Positions 55,567 through 64,000 of a stretch of DNA of 64,000 nt are shown here, one piece after another; position 1 is the stretch's first letter; each line of letters begins with the position of its first letter. A program made the translations under genes and the position numbers. The DNA comes from Octopus vulgaris (lineage: Eukaryota), in the NCBI GenBank assembly GCA_951406725.2, contig OX597839.1, positions 33,232,001 to 33,296,000 of the forward strand, written 5' to 3'. The notes below the pieces were generated by a model, which ran no database searches, was not told the origin of the DNA, and saw only the letters and a program-made list of their open reading frames with translations.

Positions 55567-57306
55567 CTTTATATTTATATGTATTTATATAAAAAAATAT
55601 GTATGTATATGCTTCATAGATCAGTTACAAATTGTTGCACATAAACTAGAGCATTCGAAATTTAAAAATCAAACCCTATATTAAATGCAGAATAGTATAT
55701 GTGCAGCTATGCAGGTGTGCAACTATGCAGGTGTGCATCATACTCACAGCCGTCTCTTTCCTGTCTTTAAAGATAGATTTTTTTATGCATATTAGAAATA
55801 TATGATGCTGGATGACAAAAAAAAAAATTTGGGTAGAGAGTGCATAAAAAGAGTAAAGCTCCCCTTTTGGTTATGAATGACCATGGGATTGCACTTAGAA
55901 AGTTCTCCTTATATATATACATACGTATAAGGTTGTTTTGTGGAGGACTAGCAATCGCCCATGCATACCAGCCTCATCTGTCCAACACCACCGATGTTAT
56001 CCAAGTGAAAGGCAAAGGGGCCGATACAGTTTGGCACCAGAGACATTACAACTCATTTCTACAGCTGAGTGACTGGAGCAACGTGAAATAAAGTGTCTTG
56101 CTCAAGAACACAACAAGCAGACTGGTCCGGGATTCGAACACACTACCTCATGATTGTGAGCCCGACGCTCTAACCACTGAGCCATCCACCTTCACACATG
56201 CATTCATATACAGCAAAAGAGGTTTCCTCTAACTCATGCAGGCAGGGAAAAATGGATGTAAAACTGATGATGATGTGCGTATTTATTTCTATGTCATCCT
56301 CATCATTGTTTTTACGTCATCCTTCCATACTCGCATGGGTCAGACAGAATTCATAGAGGCATGTTTTCTATGGTTAGATGGATGCCTTTCCTGTCCCTAA
56401 CTGTTACCTCTTCTCGAGGAAGGTAATGTTTATCCCATGGACGAACATATTTCCATGGAAGATTGGAAGCAAACGGCTTCCAATCAAGACAAGGAGACAA
56501 ATATATATCTTTTGCATTCATAAAAAAGAGAGTAAAGATCCCCTTTTGGTCATGAATGACCATGGGATTGCACCTAGAAAGTTCCCCTCTGAGGCACAAG
56601 TCCGAGTAAGGTTGTTTTGTGGAAGACCAGCAGTCGCCCATGCATACCAGCCTCATCTCTCCAACACCACCGATGTTATCCATGGGAAAGACAAAGGGGC
56701 CAATACAGCTTGGCACCTGTGACGTCGCAACTCATTTCTACAGCTGAGTGAACTGGAGCAACGTAAAGTAAAGTGTCTTGCTCAAGAACACAACACACAG
56801 CTCGGTCCAGGAATCGAACTCACTACCTCATGATTGTGAAACTGATGCTCTAACCACTGAGCCATCCACCTTCACACAGGCATTCATATATAGCAAAAGA
56901 TTTTCCTATTACCCATAGACATCTCCACGAAAAACTTTCTTTATGGTATTAAGCTTAAAAAAGAAAACAAATACACAAAAGTTTTTGATTACATTTTTTA
57001 GAAGCGAAAAAAATGAAAGTTATTAAAATGATACAGGTCGACAGTTTTACCCGCTATTTCAATATTTAGGATCATGACACCTTACTTAGCAAAGCTCCTG
57101 TGAATAACAACTTTTCTCTAAAGCTTTCCTGAGGAAGCGGTCCTGACCACGAAATGGTGAAATAGAAAGAGGAACTTTTAATTTGTAGAATTTTAGAACT
57201 TGCATTATTTTAGCTCTTAAGAAATATAATAAAAAAAATACATATATATATTTGAGATAATGCTTCATGAAGACGATAATGAGAGAGAGTGAGTGTGTGT
57301 ATAAAT

Positions 57307-57404
<98 letters not shown>

Positions 57405-57446
57405 CTATATAGATACACATATGTATACATGTATATACGTGAATGC

Positions 57447-57477
<31 letters not shown>

Positions 57478-57688
57478 CTTTATTTTAAGCAGCAGAAAAT
57501 TCAACAAAATCTGTTACTCTGAGTTTTCGTTGCCGTTCATCAGACAGTTTTTGCTAGAAAAACTGTCTGATGAACGGCAACGAGAAACTCAGAGTAACAG
57601 ATTTTGTTGAATTTTCTGCTGCTTAAAATAAAGCATATTACTCTACCACTGGTATTTGAGTACTCTTTTTTCCACCTTGTTTCACATT
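57478..57688. mobile_element. Second copy of the palindromic hammerhead-bearing Penelope-like element
   Basis: Palindrome 57478-57633. Plus-strand CTGATGA 57567-73, GAAAC 57584-88, GTA 57594-96. Same 3' tail as 2261-2315. Confidence 0.75.
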
Positions 57689-57773
57689 CTAGCAGTTACA
57701 CTTTCATATATAAATATACTGATATATATATGTATACAGATGTATAAATATGTATGTGCTTTCTTGTTTGGAT

Positions 57774-57811
<38 letters not shown>

Positions 57812-57951
57812 TACAACATCCATATATATATAATATACACAGATGTGTAAACATACATATATATATATATATATATACATATATATACAGATATGTAAAA
57901 ATATATATACTTGCATACATATATATATATATATATATATACAGTGTAAAT

Positions 57952-57982
<31 letters not shown>

Positions 57983-58094
57983 TAAATCTTTAGTTAAATA
58001 TATTCAATGACAATATTATATACTGAATATAGTGAGTGCTCTATTGTATCAAATTATTAATACTATTAAAGTATTTATGTATTTAATACGAGTG

Positions 58095-58138
<44 letters not shown>

Positions 58139-58212
58139 TTTGATCTTCATTTGATTTTCATTAGTTTCAGCTAATGAGCTGTGGCCATGCTGGGGCACCG
58201 CCATTTGGTTTG

Positions 58213-58259
<47 letters not shown>

Positions 58260-59173
58260 TATCTGGAAATCAATATCAGAAAACTTCTCAAACATATACA
58301 CGTATGAGAAATAATTGTTGTATTAAAAATATATAAATATATATAAAAATATATAAATATATATAAAAATATATGTAATTATGTATAAGTATAAATATAT
58401 ACTGTATATGACAGCTGAAAAGTTTTGAATTAAGTATTTAAAGCATCTTACGATCGTTTCACTTTTCACCTGTCACATACATTATATATTTATACTTGTA
58501 CATATTTCTGCTGAATTTTTTGCCACCCTATATTGATAATTATGTACATATTTACATATATCATTATATATATTTATTCATATACTTTTTATACAACAAT
58601 TATTTCTCACACATGTATATCTTTCTGAAGAGTCTTCTGATATTAATTTCCTAATATTGATAATAATATATTAATATATACATACATATATATATACACA
58701 CACACACCCATCTGTATATATTTGATTTATTAATGCCCAATGACAGTACACACATATATAATGAATATTCTATTGGATAATAGATCATGTTCCTCCACTG
58801 AAATCATAAATTGGGACTTAGCTCAATTAGAGCACTTTAACTCCAGCCATCTCTGAGCATTGTTAAATTAACATTCTCTACTTAACATTGTACAATTTAT
58901 AGATGTGTATATATATATATATACACAGATGTATAAATATATGGATGTATATATATATATATATACACACACATATATATATACACACACACATATATAT
59001 ACACACACATATATATATAGATGTATATATATATATAGATATATATATACATCTATATATATATGTGATGTATATATATATATATATATACACATATATA
59101 TATATATATACACCGTATATTTATACATCTGTGTATATATATATACACACACATCCGTATATTTATACATCAG

Positions 59174-59219
<46 letters not shown>

Positions 59220-60889
59220 TGTATAAATATACGGATGTATATATATATATATATACAGATGTATAAATATGTGGATCCTTCTTATTTTTCCTGAGCACCT
59301 AATAATAATAATACTTTAATTGTTCCACGTGTTAAATTGTTTTTTCTGTTTTCCCGTTATGGATTAACAGATGTATAAATATGCGGATGTATATATATAT
59401 ATACATACACACACATATATATAGATGTGTATATATATATAGGGAGAGTTTACGAAAAAAACATATGATGAAGATAGGTGGTGTAAAAAACAAACAGATG
59501 TATTAGTATAACGCTCAGGAATAGAAAAAGTCTTTTACGTTTTGAGCCTATGCTCTTCGACAGAAAGGGACACAGGAGAGAAACAAGGAGAGAAAAAAAT
59601 GTGTGTAGTGGCTAAAGATCTATCATGGTGACTATATATAGATTTATATACATACATATATATATACAGATTTATATACATACATATATATATATATACA
59701 GATTTATATACATACATATATATATACATACATTTATATACATACATATATATATACAGATTTATATACATACATATATATATATACAGATTTATATACA
59801 TACATACATATATACAGATTTATATACATACATACATATATACAGATTTATATACATACATACATATACAGATTTATATACATACATACATATATACAGA
59901 TTTATATACATACATACATATACAGATTTATATACATACATACATATACAGATTTATATACATACATACATTATATATATATATATATATACAGATGTGT
60001 GTATATACACACATAAATATTTATATATGTGTCAAACGGACATACATAAATTTATTCACGTTATCTCCACACATCATCAGTACTTTAGTTAGACGTATGT
60101 GCATGTGTGTATATTGTGTGTATATTGTATGCATTTGTGCGTATGCGTCTCACCGTATATGCATACACGTGTATGTGCGTATGCGCGTGTTTATACGATA
60201 TATGTAATTTGAACTCTGATTCTGTTTTCATTGTTATTAATCAAAAAACTAAATATAAATTGCCATTTACGTTGGCGGTTTTTCTACAGCGTAATTTTCT
60301 TGTCAAAAAATATACGAACCCTATTTTAAATATTCAGAGCTTGTGGGAATTGAAACCATTTCTGCTTTGTTACCACACAATTGTATTGATTGCATGACCA
60401 CAAGCTTTCTTTAAAATACTCATTGTCACAACAGAGCCTTTTTATGTATATTTCAATAAAAACAAATTCAAAATTGTTCCTGAATGCTAAAAAATATATT
60501 TCAAAGGCATTTGATACAATCCTCCTTTTTTATAAGTGGCCGATTGCAAAATTATTTCCTAGATATTTTCAGAAGGGTGTAAGTAGTAACCCTTTCTTTT
60601 TCTAATTCGTTAAAGAATCCCCCGTCCTTTATTTTTTAAGGATCTAACACCAGAAAAATGGAACTTAGATCTTTGTCTCTTTTGGAAAGACATTTAAAGT
60701 TTGTTCTGCAAAAATAAATAATGCAAACGTACACGTTTGAGTGAGTGTATCTGTATGTCTATACATACTTTCTATTATTTTTGGATATATACATACATAT
60801 ATATATATATACACACATAAACACATACAAACATATATATATATATACACACATAAACACATACAAACATATATATATGCACACATTGC

Positions 60890-60920
<31 letters not shown>

Positions 60921-60987
60921 AACACATACAAACATATATATATATATACACACATAAACACATACAAACATATATATATGCACACAT

Positions 60988-61031
<44 letters not shown>

Positions 61032-61286
61032 CACATGCTTATATACATGCACACACATACATATATTCACATACATATATATACAGACATTATATATATA
61101 TATATATATATATACATACACATGCTTATATACATGCACACACATACATATATTCACATACATATATATATACAGACATTATATATATATATATATATAT
61201 ATATACATACATACACATGCGTATATATACATATACATATATACACGCACACACATACATATATTTACATACATATATATACAGAC

Positions 61287-61343
<57 letters not shown>

Positions 61344-61394
61344 GTATATATGCACTGAGCTATGTATCTCCAAATATGTACATTTATACGCACA

Positions 61395-61428
<34 letters not shown>

Positions 61429-61941
61429 TATTTATAATTTGTATTGAAAATTTGTTTGAAGACAGAAAGAAATAAGATGAAGTAAAAAAATTTGCAATGA
61501 AAAATTATTTTTCACCTGTACAATAAAGAGAGGAAAAAGAAAAAGGTAAAAGAAGATGAACAACAATAAATAAAAAAAAGAAAATTTAATGTATTTGTCA
61601 CTGATCTATTTTGCTCTTCTTTTTTTTTGGTTTTGTTCTAATATAAAGAATGCATTTGAATATGGATGCTTCATTTTCTGAATAATGAAAGAAAACAAAA
61701 CGACAGTGAAATAATAATAATAATAATAATAATAACGATAATAATAATGATAAATAAAAATGAAATCGTAATTAATCAAACCTTTCGTTCCGATCTTATT
61801 TTTATTCTAACAATCTAGATATTCATGCAAAGAGGCAGTGGGAAAAAAATAATTTTCTCGGAAATTCTGCATTTGGTATAAGTTGTAAAGAAATTGTATT
61901 GTCTTTTTTGTGCGTTGTGCTGGCAACAATATTTCTCTATG

Positions 61942-62499
61942 TGTGGAGGCGCAATGGCTCAGTGGTTAGGGCAGCGGACTCGCGGTCGTAGGGTCGTGGT
62001 TTCGATTCCCAGACCGGGCGTTGCGAGTGTTTATTGAGCGAAAACCTCTAAAAAAGCTCCACGAGGCTCTGGCAGGGATGGTGGTGATCCCTGCTGTACT
62101 CTTTCACCGTGGAGGCGCAATGGCCCAGTGGTTAGGGCAGCGGACTCGCAGTCGTAGGATCGCGGTTTCGATTCCCAGACCGGGCGTTGTGATTGTTTAT
62201 TGAGCGAAAACACCTAAAAAAGCTCCACGAGGCTCCGGCAGGGGATGGTGGTGATCCCTGCTGTACTCTTTCACCACAACTTTCTTTCACTCTTACTTCC
62301 TGTTTCTGTTGTACCTGTATTTCAAGGGGCTGGCCTTGTCACTCTCTGTGTCACGCTGAATATCCCCGAGAACTACGTTAAGGGTACACGTGTCTGTGGA
62401 GTGCTCAGCCACTTACACGTTAATTTCACGAGCAGGCTGTTCCGTTGATTCGGATCAACCGGAACCCTCGTCGTCGTAACCGACGGAGTGCTTCCATCC
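61942..62499 (+). mobile_element. Family C-headed SINE with duplicated tRNA-like head
   Basis: Two tandem heads (61942-62108, 62109-62275) and one tail, bounded by the 11-bp TSD atttctctatg (61931-41, 62500-10). Confidence 0.88.
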
Positions 62500-62776
62500 A
62501 TTTCTCTATGCGAAACGCAAAACGGATGTAGCAAATGTGTTCCAATAAAGAGAAGACAATGTAAGCATCATGTTGGCAAACTGAACTCGTACTCACATCG
62601 ATAGGATCCCTTCTATCATTAACCTCTATTATATTTTTCATATTTATTGTACGAGCAAGATTAATTTCCAAACGAACTATAATTTGATCAAACCATTTAG
62701 ATACATCTTTAGAATGAGATAACCGTCTTCCAGCTGAAGCCAGTTTCTTCCAGTTGAAGCCAGTTAAAATTTATTT

Positions 62777-62943
62777 CAGGAGTGGCTGTGTGGTAAGTAG
62801 CTTGCTAAGCAATCACATGGTTCCGGGTTCAGTCCCACTGCATGGCATCTTGGGCAAGTGTCTTCTGCTATAGCCCCGGGCCGACCAATGCCTTGTGAGT
62901 GGATTTGGTAGATGGAAACTGAAAGAAGCCTGTCGTATATATG

Positions 62944-62976
<33 letters not shown>

Positions 62977-63205
62977 TTGTGTGTCTGTGTTTGTTCCCCT
63001 AGCATTGCTTGACAACCGATGCTGGTGTGTTTACGTCCCCGTCACTTAGTGGTTCGGCAAAAGAGACCGATAGAATAAGTACTGGGCTTACAAAAAGAAT
63101 AAGTCCCGGGGTCGAGTTGCTCGATTAAAGGCAGTGCTCCAGCATGGCCGCAGTCAAATGACTGAAACAAGTAAAAGAGTAAAAAAAAAAAAAAAAAAAA
63201 GAGTA
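62777..63205 (+). mobile_element. Family A SINE
   Basis: Complete head, body and tail with an A-rich end. Confidence 0.9.
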
Positions 63206-63535
63206 AGATAAATTTTAATTCTTCTAAATTAATTAGTGGTCAGTGTGATGCTATACCAACAGGTATGCCTAATCGTTAACAACTGCATTGGTGAGTAGCA
63301 ATATGTCAGTCAACGAGAATTACTATGTCCGCCAACACAAATTACTACTCATTATCAATGCCTTATGATGAAGCATTGAGAGTGAGTGTGTGACACTGCA
63401 TTGGTGGATAAATGTTCTTTATTTCTGGGCTACCATGGCCACCTATGAAACCATTAGTAGTCTTGGTTTCATGTAACAGGCTTCTCTTAATTTTTAAGCC
63501 TTGCATACCAACCTTACATATATGAGACCTACATA

Positions 63536-63780
63536 CTGTCCTTGGGGAGAGTATCAGAAGGCATCAAGAGGAATATAAAGGAAATTGGGAAAGAGTGCCC
63601 CGTAGAACTGTTACAAAAGGTTTGCCTCCTTGGCACGGCCAGAATAATCAGGAAAGCATTAGAGAGCTGAAGAGAATGGATCGCATGGTGCCGTAGGCTG
63701 CAGGTAGCAAGACTGCTACACATGCAAGACTCCAGGAGTTCAAAGAAAACCTGCGATAAAGCGAAATAATCATAATAATG
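63536..63780 (+). pseudogene. 5'-truncated R4/Dong-like RLE non-LTR retrotransposon 3' end
   Basis: LSLGRVSEGIKRNIKEIGKECPVELLQKVCLLGTARIIRKALES* (stop 63668-70), the typical LQK..LLGTARI.RK.L terminus, then a UTR ending in taa-like repeats. Confidence 0.8.
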
Positions 63781-64000
63781 ATCTCTCTCTCTTTTACTTG
63801 TTTCAGTCATGTGACTGTGGCCATGCTGGAGCACCACCTTTATTCGAGCAAATCGACCCCGGGACTTATTCTTTGTAAGCCCAGTACTTATTCTATCGGT
63901 CTCTTTTTGCCGAACCACTAAGTGACGGGGACGTAAACACACCAGCATCGGTTGTCAAGCAATGCTAGGGGGACAAACACAGACACACAAACATATACAC

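Overview
Eukaryotic, very AT- and microsatellite-rich genomic DNA. The SINE families and (AT)n/(AC)n load suggest an octopus or other coleoid cephalopod; this is inferred, not searched. The only host gene I can support is the 3' end of an atypical protein kinase C (aPKC, PKC iota/zeta type) on the + strand. It has three coding exons (23805-23884, 25714-25919, 27170-27257) with canonical GT-AG junctions in compatible phases. I found no earlier aPKC exon, so 1-23804 appears to be part of one intron longer than 23 kb. The rest is tRNA-derived SINEs, RTE-type tails, Tc1/mariner, pogo and piggyBac-like MITEs, two non-autonomous Helitrons, CRE-like and R4-like non-LTR fragments, and large microsatellites. 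Almost all listed ORFs are microsatellite artefacts. The most interesting signals are: (i) palindromic Penelope-type elements carrying minimal hammerhead ribozyme motifs on both strands, one about 750 nt after the aPKC stop codon; (ii) a frame-preserving 93-nt candidate cassette exon that would insert 31 aa just before the aPKC RIPR motif; (iii) a long-range inverted duplication in the same intron with a competing third copy inside a candidate alternative exon.
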